Assembly (NCBI GenBank): GCA_951406725.2 | Contig: OX597827.1 | Span: 48,856,001-48,920,000, forward strand | Direction: 5' to 3' | Source: Octopus vulgaris | Lineage: Eukaryota | DNA length: 64,000 nucleotides | In this document: positions 26,785 through 41,286 of the stretch, piece after piece | How the letters are laid out: each line of letters opens with the position of its first letter | Position numbering within the stretch: position 1 is the stretch's first letter | Made by a program: the position numbers and the translations under genes | The notes under the pieces: model-generated | What the model was told of the DNA's origin: nothing | The model's input: only the letters and a program-made list of their open reading frames with translations | Database searches by the model: none

Positions 26785-27085
26785 ATTTATTATATAGAAG
26801 GAGCTTCTACAGGACTAGAACTGTTTCATTCAAGAGAAATCTTCAGGAAGCTAGTTAACAAGAATTGTATTGGCATTTATACATTTAGGCAGGTTTAAAG
26901 GGGTGTTGGTGGGGGACTTTTCGGGGGTAGGCATAGCGCAAAATATCATACTTGGGGGAGTGGTCAAGGAGTCAGTGTTAAATTAGATAGAAGAATAAAT
27001 AACAAAATAAAAAAATAAAAAAATCTATATATAAAAAAAAGGGGAATAGCGTTTTAGGTAAATAAGGAGATTCTCACTTATACCT
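26785..27085 (-). mobile_element. PLE-terminus-like element with hammerhead-like motif (26814-26855)
   Basis: Reverse complement: actag cttc CTGAAGA tttc tctt gaat GAAA cag TT ctagt; same family as the 35643-35776 palindrome. Confidence 0.55.
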
Positions 27086-27712
27086 ATGCACACATGTATA
27101 CATACATACACACACATACAAACATATATACATATACATACACACATACATACACACACATATATATACATATATATACACTTACACATACATATACATA
27201 TCTACACATACACATATATGTATACATACACACACTCACATGCATACACATATACACACACATACATACATATACATACATGTATATATATATATATATA
27301 CATATGTGTACCTATGCATACCTACACATACACACATATATATACACATACAAATACAGATCCATTCCCTAATTTTAATTTTATTATCTTCGTTTATTAC
27401 TTTTGTTATCTTTGGCCGCTTGGTCACAAACATCTTGGCTATGACAGCCAGTCCATTTATCTGTCTACTGGAGAACAAGCACTCATTCACTCACGCACAC
27501 TCTTTAGCACGTACACTCACTCATTCGTACACTCATACACATACACGCACGCACGCGTTATATTCATACATACATACATCTACATACATTCACGTATATA
27601 CACATACGTACGCGTACCTATAGATTCATGTCTACACTCTTAGAAGGCTAGTCTATATATATACACCAATAAATATAAATACACACACATACATATACAC
27701 CTACATACAAAT

Positions 27713-27759
<47 letters not shown>

Positions 27760-28127
27760 CATATATATACACATATATATATATATATATATACACACAC
27801 ATACGCATACACACACATATACAAATATACGCACACACATACACATGTACATGCGTACCCATACACACACACACACGCGCGCGCATCCATATATACACAT
27901 AAGTACACACATGCGTAAAAGTATACATATATCTATGCTTACACACACACACACACACACGCGCCTCCTTATATTCATACTTACATGCATACTCAAAAAA
28001 TAAGTAAATAGTAAAATATATATACGCGCAGTTATTCGTACATGCATACTCAAAAAATAAATAATAAATATTAAGTATATGTACGTGCAGTTACCTATTA
28101 TATAGACGGATACATACATATAAACTT

Positions 28128-28192
<65 letters not shown>

Positions 28193-28463
28193 CATATATA
28201 CACAAATATATACACATACATATATACATACATATATATATACACACACACACATACACATACATATATACATATATATACATACTTACACACATGTACA
28301 TATAAATACACACATAGATAACTCTACGTACCTACATATGCATAAACACACGAGCGTACGCGCATATGTACATATACACATACACATACACACGCATATA
28401 TATACATACATACATACACATACACACATGTATACACACACACATATACACATATATATACAT

Positions 28464-28522
<59 letters not shown>

Positions 28523-28697
28523 TATATACACATATACATATACATATACACATACACACACATATATACATGTGTGCAAACATACATACATTCTCATACA
28601 AGCAGACACACTTACATTTACATATATACACACACTTACACACATATATACATACACATATACATACATACATACATACATACGTATATGCATACAT

Positions 28698-28728
<31 letters not shown>

Positions 28729-28809
28729 CATACACATACACATACCCATACATATATATACACACATATATATATACACATGCTCATACTTATATCTCTA
28801 CATACTCGA

Positions 28810-28848
<39 letters not shown>

Positions 28849-29114
28849 CACACACATACATATACCTATATACATGTATATATACACATACATATATATA
28901 CACATCTACAATTTGTATCTACACTCACATACCTGCACATACACATAACTCTACATACCTACATATACATCGACATACTCGCGTACACTCATATATATAC
29001 ACATATATACATATACACACACACATACATATACATACATATATATAAACATACACATACATAATACACATATACACACACATACATATATGCATTATAT
29101 ATATATATATATAC

Positions 29115-29145
<31 letters not shown>
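27085..29145. repeat. ~2 kb degenerate alternating purine-pyrimidine (TA/CA) low-complexity region
   Basis: Directly visible. Confidence 0.9.
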
Positions 29146-29148
<3 letters not shown>

Positions 29149-29228
29149 CGATCTTATCAAGGTTTTTATTCCCATGCTGGCCACTTGATAAGATCGATAT
29201 TCAATTTAAATTAACGATCTTATCCTTT

Positions 29229-29280
<52 letters not shown>

Positions 29281-30017
29281 TGTAATCATATCAAAGGGAA
29301 ATGGAAATTAATTACAATTTACATTTGCAGTGGTCTAACGTGTAAAAATAGTCCACTTATAGGGATTCTACACGCTAGAAAGAACAGCTAGGTTCTATAA
29401 CCACAAAAGTTAGGTATAAAATTCGACAGGAATAAATTTAGAAATGAAAAACATTTACCTTCTAGTTTGAGTGTGTGTGTACATGTATGTATGAAGTATA
29501 TAGATTATTTCTATTAAAATATTTCTCCTGGTACTTCATGCCAAAGTGATCATCAGGCGATAATGGTGATCACTTAATATCCAAGTGTAGATTAATAGGA
29601 TATTTATTCGTGAATTATCAACACAAGGTGGTAGCATTCTAAGTTTTAGAAATATTCTAGTTTCCTCCATGTCTATCTACTAGTTTTAAATATTTTAATA
29701 AACTTTACTATTTTGGACATTTAATTACAAACATAGTTTATGGAAACTGTTAATTGAAGACAAATTAAGTAGGAAAAGAGGAAAACTAAGTGTTATAAAT
29801 ATGTGGATGGACAATCTGGACGTACTTAAAAAAAAGAAACAGATTAGATGCGTTGTATTTAGTCAAGTGAGAGCGGATTATAGGTGAAGAAGACGATTGT
29901 GTTGTTTTTAACGATGCTGACTGTGTACGCCATCGTTTCCTAAAGTATATAAACTGTTATTCTTCCAGATTTATTTTATTAAATGGAGAGTTATTTTAGT
30001 AAATGTATTTTATTAAA

Positions 30018-30393
30018 TGGTTCCGGGTTCAGTTCCACTGCGTGGCACCTTGGGCAAGTATCTTCTACTATAGCCTCGGGCCGACCAAAGCCTTGTGAGC
30101 GGATTTGGTAGACGGAAACTGAAAGAAACCTGTCGTATATATGTATATATATATATACATGGATGTGCGTGTATATGTTTGTGTGTTTGTGTTTGCCCCC
30201 CCCCCCCAACATCGCTTGACAACCGGTGTTGGTGCGTTTACGTCCCAGTAACTTAACAGTTCGGCAAAAGAGACCGATAGAATAAGTACTATGCTTACAA
30301 AGAATAAGTTCTGGGGTCGATTTGCTCGACCAAAGGCGGTGCTCCAGCATGGCCACAGTCAAATGACTGAAACATGTGAAAGAGTAAAAGAGT
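30018..30393 (+). mobile_element. SINE family C (5' truncated)
   Basis: ggttccgggttcagttccactgcgtggcaccttgggcaag...ctccagcatggccacagtcaaatgactgaaac. Confidence 0.88.
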
Positions 30394-31272
30394 AAATAAT
30401 TGTTACCAAAAATACTTTGAAGCTGTCTTTGAGCATCTTGCAACATCTATCCGATTAGATGCTGAATCCATTTGATGTAGCCGCTCAATTTGTACCATGT
30501 TTAATATATTATTGTAAGCAGCTACCGGTGCCATATTGGGAAATAATGTGAATACTGTTGTAAAGGAGATTCTTGAAAAGTTATGAAATTTATAACACAA
30601 TGTGAAATAAAATCGCTGCCGGCTACAACCACTGTAATGTTATGAAATTTATTTGCGATCTTTGATTGTAGCCAGTGCTGCAATATGAAACGTAAAATGT
30701 CAGTGAAAAAATTTGACCTGTACTCTGCAGTATGAAACTGTAACTATAGATATAAGTTATATCATTTAGTTATATACATATATGATATGTTATATATAGA
30801 AGGTTGAATTGTTCTAAACTGCAAACTACAGAGGTATATTGTTAATATAGTACTAACAATTATTATGGTGATTCGTGAAATAAAGTTGAAATTATCCGTA
30901 GAAGATTGATAAATTTATCTACTACAGTGTAACGCCATAAAATTTATCAGCAATATTGTTACTAGGATCAAGCAAGTACAAGGAAATATATTTAAACACT
31001 CACACTTTAAATATCATTTAATAATTCTTTTCACTGTAAGCACAAGTGGTGAAATTTTGTAGGAGATGGGACAAGTCGATTACATCATATCCATTTTCCA
31101 GCTAAGCATTTTGTCCAGCCTGCCAGTTCACTGCCTTAAAATACCATTGATTAATAACAAAGGTTTTTATAGAAATTCTTAGGCAGCCAAATAATTACGG
31201 CACGGATATATCAGTAGATATAATATTTTTTAATAAACGTATCCTGTTGTTTTTAATGGTGTGGACTTAATG

Positions 31273-31312
<40 letters not shown>

Positions 31313-31369
31313 GCACACACACACACATATATATATATATATGTATGTGTATGTATGTATATATATGTA

Positions 31370-31864
31370 CGAGCAAAACGCCCCCGTCCGATGGACGGTA
31401 CTGAATCATATCTGCTGAATAAAAAGCAATTAGTGTTTTCTTTTCATGCCTTTATTTCAATAAAATTTTTGGTTTTGTTAAATGAAGTTAAGGCAAAAAA
31501 ACTTCTTGAGAAACCAAATAGTCGTTCCTTCCTTCATGCCAAGTTTGAAGAAAATATCTCTTTTGCATCTTACTTTTTGTTCTCTTACATATACTGCATT
31601 TTCTGGCATTATTTCAAGCCAGCCGGCTATTTTTGCGCAAACTGCACGTGCATTTTTCTCGTCCAAGTGTAGAATCGATCGCAACAACATATGTACTTCT
31701 GCGTACAAATGCACGTTCCCACGGCTCTATCGATCGCATTCTCAAGACTTATACACGCCCTGATACGGTCGGTATCTACATATCATATTTGCGCGCAATC
31801 AGATGGAGGATGCCTGATATCCTAGAAGACACACACACAGACAGAACAGATTTTATAAAATAGA
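31370..31864 (-). mobile_element. Non-autonomous Helitron-like element
   Basis: Minus strand starts TCtattttataaaa; subterminal hairpin ccgtcc-gat-ggacgg (31384-31398) ~14 nt from a CTCG (CTAG-like) end; same layout as 63353-63741. Confidence 0.65.
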
Positions 31865-31867
31865 TAT

Positions 31868-31921
<54 letters not shown>

Positions 31922-32130
31922 GTATATGTGTATATATATAATAATATAAATAATGTATAAATGTATGAATATATGCATACATATGTACATACCTACATAT
32001 ATATGTATATATACATGCATATATGGGTACAGGACATCAAAAACGTCAGCAAAATAAGAAACGACAACATAAAAACCAAAACATAGAAAACAAACATTTT
32101 TTCGAACAACATATACATATATATATTTAT

Positions 32131-32467
32131 CGGTGACCCCCTTCGGCCATAAATGACCATGGGATTGCACCTACAAATTTACCCTCCGAAGCTCAAGTCC
32201 AGGCAATGTTGTTTATGGAAGACCAGCAGTCACCTATGCATACCTGCCTCTCCTCACCATGCCACCGATGTTAACCAATAGAAAGGCAAAGGCCGATACA
32301 GCTTGGCTCCAGCGACATCGCAATTCATTTCTACAGCTGAGTGAGCTGAAGCAACGTGAAATCAAGTGTCTTACTCAAGAACACAACACGCACCCCGGTC
32401 CGAGAATCGAACTCACAACCTCACGATAGTAAGCTCGACGCTCTAACCACTGGGCCACGCGCCTTCA

Positions 32468-32468
<1 letters not shown>
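32131..32468 (-). mobile_element. SINE head A (CORE-like) + tail W (RTE-like 3' end)
   Basis: Minus strand gtgaaggcgcgtggcccagtggttagag...gtgttcttgagtaagacactt...ggtgcaatcccatggtcatttatggccgaagggg. Confidence 0.8.
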
Positions 32469-32501
<33 letters not shown>

Positions 32502-33171
32502 TATATCATATCCATTTATTGATCCCGTGGAAGTATTAAACAAAAAAGATACCTTTCTATGTTTGGAGAAATGTTTATAATTTATAGTTCGATGCATACC
32601 TTGTGGATATTCTTTGCTACAAATTGTCCACAAGCTAACAGAATAGATTTGAATTAAAAGACGTTTCAATTTAATATTTACACTCGTTGTCATAAGTTGT
32701 CCGTTTCGCGAGGCGATATAACTAACTTCAATTTAAATGTCTTTTATTACTACTCTGCATTTTCTTGTTTTATAAACCAAGTTTCTAGAAATATATATGT
32801 ATACCGTGTATATGATATATAGAGATTTTACTTCTTTTTATCAGTTGTTCTTAATTCCGTCACAAAGTTTAACATTCAATGTGTACCTGTATGTGTGAGT
32901 GTTAGCATATGCAATTTCAGACATACACATATGTAGATTTGCACGTATGTGAATGCTTTATTGTGCGCGTCCATCTCCAAAATACAGGTTCATCTAATAA
33001 ATGTATCTATTCACAGAGAATGTTCACTGATCAATTGGGAATTTATTGGAATATATATATATGTATGTATATATATATATGTATGCATGTATGTATGTAT
33101 ATGCGTGTGTGTTGTATATACGTATGTAAATATATATGTGTTTATATACACATACATGTATGCATTATATT

Positions 33172-33233
<62 letters not shown>

Positions 33234-33236
<3 letters not shown>

Positions 33237-34196
33237 ACTTACAAGGTGAGCAAAAGTGTACGCACGCCGCTATATGTATATATACATCCAAAACTTGGAA
33301 CAGGGACGCAACAGACGACAATAAAACATCAGGACAGATAGACGATACGAAAAGAGGCAGGAGAAAAGAAGAACGGGCCATTCGTAGCCTTCTCTCTTCA
33401 GTCGAGTTTCCAGATCATCTTTACAGTTTCGGCTGGTCATCTTGAGACTTTTCAAATCTGGTTGACCTAAAAATCTAAACTGAGAGCATTAAATAATTTG
33501 GGAGAAAGTAAGCAAATCTGTACAATAACAAAGAAAAAATGATAAGAAAACAAACGGCAAAAACGAAGAAAATGTTACCCAATTACAAATACAAACAGCA
33601 AGAGAATAACAAGTGCCTTTCAACTTAGAAGTTGAGCTAGCGTGAGGAGTGAAAACCTTGGGGCAGGAACCAGAGATAAAAGACAGAAGACGGTAATAAG
33701 TGATGCTTCGTGTCTGGCGGTCGAGCCAAGAAGGAAGGATCATGCTTGGCCGAACACCGGTCGCTTGGAAGGAAAGGAACGGAGAGCGGTAAGGGGGCAG
33801 AAGGATTGAAGAATTAGTGGAAGGACGAGAAGGAGAGAAAAATCAGTGACATAGACAAGGTACAAGGAAGATAAACGATGTCCAGTCCGTCTTTGTATCA
33901 TCTATCTGTCCGTATGTCTTTATTATCGTCTTTACGTTCTCGTTCCGTTTTTCATTTATATATGCATACAGCGGCGTACGTATACTTCTGCTCAGCTTGT
34001 AAGTATATATCTAAATTCAGTACGATTTCTTATACTCCTTCTTTTAGTCCCCCTCATACATGTTTCTTCTTTCTACCTGCTTCCTTCTTTCTTTCTTCGT
34101 TGTTTAAGTACTTCACTCATTTTTCCCTCATTCGTTATGTATTTCATATGTTATTTGCACCGTTGGTGACGTCCTGTATCCGTATATGCATGTGTA

Positions 34197-34200
<4 letters not shown>
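33234..34200. repeat. Asymmetric inverted-repeat element (PLE-terminus-like)
   Basis: ~120 bp diverged inverted arms 33234-33355 / 33890-34010; right terminus gacgtcctgtatccgtatatgcatg resembles 32010-32040 in reverse. Confidence 0.7.
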
Positions 34201-34249
<49 letters not shown>

Positions 34250-34255
<6 letters not shown>

Positions 34256-34875
34256 GTTAAAGAGGACAACAAACATTAAGGCAAGGCAAACATCTCAAGA
34301 GGTATACAATATTAGTATTGGAAAGAAAAGCATTTCTGGATGATTACTATATCAGGATTTTAACCTACATGGATCTACAAAGGACTCCACCTAATGATTT
34401 ATGCTGATGGATCTATGCAGGATTGCACCAAGGAACTTATTCTCTTGTTTCTATAACATCTGGAAGTTGAACTATGAACTTTTATGCTTCTTTTTTCTCC
34501 TCTCTCTCCATCTCCTTATTCTTTTACTCTCTCCTCTATGTCGTCATTTCATTAATATATGCCATTCTTATTTTCCCTATTTTTCACTATTTGTCTTTGA
34601 TGACGGAATATACCATACTCCGAGAACATCCCAGAAACAGCTGTAAGACTTTTAAATTTTTTTCCAATAGTAATAATGTATATGACTTGAGATGTTTGTC
34701 TTGCCTTATCGTTTGTTGTCCTCTTTAACAATTATATATCCGATGCATCGGAAATCTGCAATGGCTCCTTAACTACCGTCTCGGCTATATCCTTGGTGCC
34801 CTAGTAATCCGTTGAAGCACATACCTAGCGTAACTAATCGTTTAGATCACCTGTGAACTAAGCCTCCGTACGTTG
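34250..34875 (+). mobile_element. Inverted-repeat element with degenerate hammerhead (34593-34649)
   Basis: Arms ~34250-34340 / 34635-34739; gtct TTGATGA cgga..tccg.. GAAA cagctg TA agac; terminus tcgtttagatcacc..tgaactaa also at ~4878-4901. Confidence 0.7.
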
Positions 34876-35509
34876 TGTGTGTGTGTGTGTGCGAGTGTAT
34901 GTACGTATTATTTTATTCTATGAACAGATATTCCTTTAATCTTACCTTTTTTATTCATTATATTAATTTACCCATATATCATTTAAACCATCATTCATCA
35001 ATGTTAACATTATTACTCTTGAATTGAAATAAAACGAATAATTTTAACGCATGTCTAAACAGATAGAAACAAACACAAACATACACACACAGATACATAC
35101 ACATAGTAAACATGTATATATATTCTGTAGATTCTGAATGTATCCTGATATAATACTTATTGTCATCTAAGAACCCTGATGATTTTCCTTATAAGGTATT
35201 TAAAAATAGTATATTTTTATATATAAAAAGTATATTTTTATATATATTTTGTAATTTTAATCGTATTTGAGAAATGAAGGAATTGTTGGTTAACATGTTG
35301 ATTTATTAATAAACAGATAAATAAAATAATATTATCCACTAGGACTTTCTATGCCCTAACTCAATAAATATTTATTATATTCATTGAAGGATTATCAATT
35401 CAATATTTGATATATTAAACTGGTTTATCATGGATAAATATCCCTATAAGAGTTTTGAATATCTTCATTGTAACTAATATATATATGTAACCAATATGTA
35501 TATATATAA

Positions 35510-35570
<61 letters not shown>

Positions 35571-35642
35571 TCGCGGGTTGATTCGGGGTTAACCACAGTA
35601 AGTAAGGTACTCAATACATAGCAGAGTAAATATATATATATA

Positions 35643-35773
35643 TATTTATTTTATAGAAGGAGCTTCTACAGGACTAGAAATGTTTCATTCAAAAGAAATC
35701 ATCAGGAAGCTTCCTGATGATTTCTTTTGAATGAAACAGTTCTAGTCCTGTAGTAGCTCCTTCTATAAAATAA

Positions 35774-35776
<3 letters not shown>
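35643..35776. repeat. Spacerless ~67 bp-arm palindrome containing hammerhead-like cores on both strands
   Basis: Centre gaag|cttc at 35709/35710; two mismatches between arms; ctgatga...gaaacagtt. Confidence 0.85.
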
Positions 35777-35819
<43 letters not shown>

Positions 35820-35821
<2 letters not shown>

Positions 35822-36025
35822 CAACAATTAAGGGTAAAATTAATTAGTTATTAATCAATTTCACCAAGCATTCAGTATGTAAAAGGACCATTTAAGGCGA
35901 ATTCAAAATATTACATTATATAAAAGGGCTTAGTAAAATAAATTACTTTGCCACATACTGAACTCATACTGAGTTCAGTATGTGGCAAAGTAATTTATTT
36001 TACTAAGCCCTTTTATATAATGTAA
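35820..36025. repeat. Terminus of an 11052-family relative ending in a perfect 56 bp-arm hairpin
   Basis: Arms 35911-35966 / 35970-36025, loop tac; agggtaaaattaattag...aatttcaccaag...atgtaaaagg resembles 11074-11140. Confidence 0.85.
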
Positions 36026-36035
36026 ATTATATATT

Positions 36036-36070
<35 letters not shown>

Positions 36071-36237
36071 GTATATATATACATATTTATATATATATAC
36101 ATATCTATATATATGTATATATATATATGTATATATATATATGCATATACGTATATATATGCATATACGTATATATATATATATATATATATATATGCAT
36201 ATACGTATATATATGTGTATATATATATATATATAGC

Positions 36238-36271
<34 letters not shown>

Positions 36272-36335
36272 ATATATATATATATATACCTATATATATA
36301 TATATATATGTGTGTGTGTATATATATATATAGCA

Positions 36336-36374
<39 letters not shown>

Positions 36375-36377
<3 letters not shown>

Positions 36378-36925
36378 GAGCTGGTAGAATCGTTAGCGCG
36401 CCGGGTGAAATGCTTAGCGGTATTTAGTCTGTAGTTAACTTCTGAGTTCAAATTCGGCCGTGGTCGACTTTGCCGTTCATCCTCTCAGGGTCGATAAATA
36501 AAGTACCAGTTTCCCAGTGTCTTTGTTTGCCCGCTCTATGTTTAGCCACTTGTAGGTAGTAAAGAAATAGATATATATGGTACCTTGGGCAAGTGTCTTC
36601 TACTATAGTATCAGAACTACCAATGCCTTACCAGTGGATCTGGCAGGCGGAAACTGAGAGAAGCCCGTCGCACATATACATACATATATATATCCCAACG
36701 CATATTTTCATGTTTCAAAGTTTATTTATCCCTCCGCACGCACTATCGCTTGACAATCGATGCTAGCGTGTTTATGTCCTATTAACTTAGCGGTTCGACA
36801 AAAGAAACCGATAGAATAATTACCAGGCTTACAAAGAATAAACCATCTTGCCGGTTTTCTCCAGTCATGGCGATGCTACAGCATGTCCGCCGTCAAATAA
36901 CTTCAACAGGTAAAAGAATAAAAGA
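36375..36925 (+). mobile_element. SINE D (36375-36570) followed by 5'-truncated SINE C (36579-36925)
   Basis: Homology with the copies at 21320 and 30018. Confidence 0.8.
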
Positions 36926-36969
36926 AAATTTTTTTTTAAATATATACACATAGGCATATATATATATAC

Positions 36970-37021
<52 letters not shown>

Positions 37022-37068
37022 GTACGCATATATATATATATGTATATATATGTATGCATATATATATG

Positions 37069-37206
<138 letters not shown>

Positions 37207-38082
37207 CATATATATGTATACAAATCTCTAAAATATATTCATATCTTGTGGGAATATCTGCGTTATTGTCACGCCTGTCATTTACGTAGATTGATTAATC
37301 GTTTTGGTCCTAGAAGATTATCCAGTGTTTTTGGCTTATGGATTTTTTTTAATGCTTTCCCTATGTTATTTCGTTGTAATAATAACTCCTTGGAATATAG
37401 AAAAAGAGGGGAAAAAATTGTGTAAAAATTAGTCTAAAAATATAAATATATATGAGATTTTGGAGAATTACTCATCTTTGTCTTGCATCTCAGTTATCTG
37501 ATCTGGAAAATGGTAGGAGAGAAGTTGATCTCGTGGTGTTGAAAACAAAATAATATCACTGATATTATTTCTGCTATTGTTGCTGCTGCTGTTTCCATCC
37601 GTTGTTTTTGGATATTTACGATATGTTCCACAAAGAAGGCAAAACTATGAAGAAAAGAAATTTGCGAAAACAAAATTTAAAAAGCATCGTCTCCTCAGAC
37701 AAAAATGGCACAACTTTATATTTCGTACTCTTAATATTATCTGCATGAGTGATTGCACGAAATCTGGGATTTATTGCTTAGATATATTGTAGGCGTGTGA
37801 TTCTACATACATACATACATAAATACGTACATATATTTCTGCTGCGTTTCTATATATAATCAGATATGATATGTGTGTATGTGTGTATGTTAATACACTT
37901 ATAAACATATCTATACATACGTACATACATTCATACATAAACCCATACTGACAGATATAAATGTATATATAATATACAAAATATATATGATATAAGTATA
38001 TGAATATATAACACACACACACACACACATATACATATATGTATATATATATATATATAAATATATATATATATTTTATATA

Positions 38083-38133
<51 letters not shown>

Positions 38134-38307
38134 GTTATATATATGTACATATATATATAATATATATATCTATATACATACATATCTATATAAATATTAT
38201 ATGTATATGAAAATATATGTATATTTATATGCATGTGCATGTATGCATTCACCATGTGTAACTCCTATGTATATATACCTACATATATATATATATATAT
38301 ATTGTTC

Positions 38308-38386
<79 letters not shown>

Positions 38387-38712
38387 TACACACATATATG
38401 TGTTTGTGCGTTATCTGAGGGTGTTTGTCTGTTGTGCGTTAGTGTTAGCTGAAAGAAAAGGATTTTCTGTTTTTGAGACTAAAATAAAATATACAAGTCA
38501 AAGGGATGGTTTAAAGTTGATACTGTTTTTGATTTCGGCAAGTGGTGGTGGCTTTCTAATAATTTGGTGTTTCGTGTTTAGTCTTTAAATCAAAATTTGA
38601 AATCTTCCGGATAATACGGTGATTTATTGACACAAACAGATGAAAACTGAAAACAACCATTAATAACGATCATCATAACATCATCATCAAAAATCCCATC
38701 ATCATCATTATC

Positions 38713-38774
<62 letters not shown>

Positions 38775-38778
<4 letters not shown>

Positions 38779-39003
38779 TAGTTGTATTTTTATAGCGTGC
38801 TTTCACTTCAATACCGAGCGCAGCTCTGTGTGCCTTAGGTATGTGCTGTGATTTGTTGTGATGCTCTGATGGTTATTGTATGGAAAGTGTTCTGCGTTGG
38901 ATGTGTGCAGTGCCTAGTAGTGCAATTTTCTGTATGTTATATGTGTTTGTAAGTCCTGGTGTTTTTGTTATGTATTTGTTTTTGTTATGTATTTGTCTGA
39001 ATA

Positions 39004-39005
<2 letters not shown>
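38775..39005 (-). mobile_element. Short R4/Dong-like LINE 3' end flanked by (TAA)n on both sides
   Basis: PGLTNTYNIQKIALLGTAHIQRRTLSIQ* then a short UTR; (tta)n at 38725-38775 and 39008-39047. Confidence 0.75.
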
Positions 39006-39049
<44 letters not shown>

Positions 39050-40289
39050 AGAAACAATAATATCAGCAGCTACTACTACTGCTATTGCTACTACTTCCAT
39101 AAGTTACTGGCCTAGTCACGCGTTGATTTTAAAACGTTGTTCGAAGAAAGGATAACTGTTATATAGAATGAAGTATCTTCTTAATTTTATTTCATTAAAC
39201 TTGCTCTGCTGCATATAGCTGCGAAAAGCTTGCAGTCTTTCCATACATGCTTGAGTCAATCAGATAAGGTTTGTTTGATTTGTTTAGATACATTATATTT
39301 TTCTCAGGCAGTCCGCATGCAAAATGACAGCTAGAATTCCCAGTCATGCTCCGCGAAATACGAAACACAGAGACTAAATTATGATACACGCAACATACAC
39401 AAAGAAGAACGGCAAAAAGAAGTTAATTGTTCACAATTATACACACACGTTAAAACAGATGGCAACACCATTCAAAGGACTCTTAATATAAACAATGCCA
39501 GCGTTTTATTTGTCAGCAGTGGCATTCGCACATACACGCCTGTGACCTGAAACCGGAAGACAAATGAAATTACTGATCAAGTCAAGGTTGACAAAGCAAC
39601 AATACGAAATGCATCTCTGCAGATGTGATTTTCCTTGAGAAAAACGTTTCTAAATATCATGGCATATGAGACAGGCTACACAAGGCAAATCATAAATTAT
39701 TTTGTGTTTTTTAAGTATAAGAAGATATGCAAGTTGCCCACAAAACAGCAACTGGAAGAAGCCTTGCACAAAAATAAACCTGAAATTGTATCAAGCGCTG
39801 TCAAACTTGTTTGTTTTTTGGACGGATAATTCAGTCAACGAAGAAAAGATTCTCAAATAATGAGAGATAATCCTACACATACACTGACACACGCAAAGGT
39901 TACGATCAGCCTGCACATACACTGACACGTGCAAAAGTTACGATCAACTACGTTGGGTAAAGATATTAACCTGCGGTTTGTCTTGTAGACGTGGCTTATG
40001 TCGCAGCTGTCTTACTTCTCACTAGTGTTTGAAGTTTGCCCTATTTTTTATAGGAATTTCATGGCTCACATTAGTATATGTTTTCAATAAAATTTGATTG
40101 GTAGAGGATAGTCCTATGACTGTTCTTAGAAATTTTTGTAGGTTCCCCGCTACGACCGTGTGTTAATATCAAGTGGCAGTGTTTGGCGTCGTAAGTTGAG
40201 ACTGGCACGGTTGAATGAACATGTCCAAACAATCAAAGCTCTGGTTGTTTTCCGTCAAGCGTTTATAGAGAATGAACATGTGGTTAACT

Positions 40290-41286
40290 TTATAACCTTT
40301 TGTACGTTGAGCAACTTATAGATTTTAAAAATCTAATCAACAACATAAGCAATAATATTAAATTTACCATGGAATACAGTAAAACTCAACTACCATTGAA
40401 ACAGATATTCACTACAATCAAGCAGATTCTAAACAAAACTTACTGTTCTCGTCATGTCATTTCAAACACACGAAGAATAATATCCCATTTCACCTAGCAT
40501 GAAGAATCTGCACAAACGTCTCGAACCCTGAGATTCGTAATAAAAGACTCCAGGAACTAAAACAAGTACTACTTAAAATACAATAAGAATTAGTTTCAAT
40601 AGACAACGGAATAGAACGTGCCAAAATAATAAATATCGAAGAGCTACGAAAAACAAAAACACTCCTGATACATTCAATACTCTATCCTTTATTGCAACAC
40701 ACAACCAAGAAACACTGAGGTTTACAATATTATCCACCAGCACATCCCACTACTAAAACAAGACCCAAAGATGAAACAAGCATTTGAAATACATAAAATA
40801 ATGAAAAGTAAAAGACTATTAAAGTCTCTCAAAAAATTCCCCACGAGTTGTAAAATACCTTCCACAATTTCTACACTAACAGTCAAAAAGAGTGTCCGTC
40901 CCAATTACGGAGTCTGCATAAACCCTTTTGAAGACACAACATATAGATTCAAATTAGGACAGACTTTTACCGTAAAAAATCACTTTACATGTTCTTCAAG
41001 GAATTTAATATACGGTGTCATTTGTCTAGGATGTAATGAAGATTACATAGCTCAAACAAAGCTGACTCTAAGAAATAGACTGACCATTCACCGACAACAA
41101 ATACGAGGCCCCAGTACTTGACAGATTCCACGGGATGGACATATAGATCTATGTGCAAAAAATAAGTCCCCAAAACTCCAGGTTTTCCCATTCTACCTAT
41201 GTTCAGCGAATACCACAGATGAAGCACGAATTAGCAAAGAAAATACTTTCATACAAAAGAAAACACCAAGACTTAAGAAACGTTAG
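40290..41286 (+). pseudogene. Penelope-like element RT C-terminus + GIY-YIG endonuclease, degraded
   Basis: NNISNNIKFTMEYSKTQLP; SSCHFKHTKNNIPFHLA*RICT; FTCSSRNLIYGVICLGCNEDYIAQTKLTLRNRLTIHRQQIR; KENTFIQKKTPRL. Confidence 0.9.

Noticed and set aside
33365-33455. Minus-strand ctgaaga and gaaactgta motifs
   Set aside because: Could not assemble consistent stems I-III by eye.
39875-39950. Short tandem duplications (~38 bp here; 23 bp at ~45571-45618; tctggcag x4 at ~6427) considered as CRISPR-like arrays
   Set aside because: Only 2-4 adjacent copies without spacers, in eukaryotic DNA with no cas genes.
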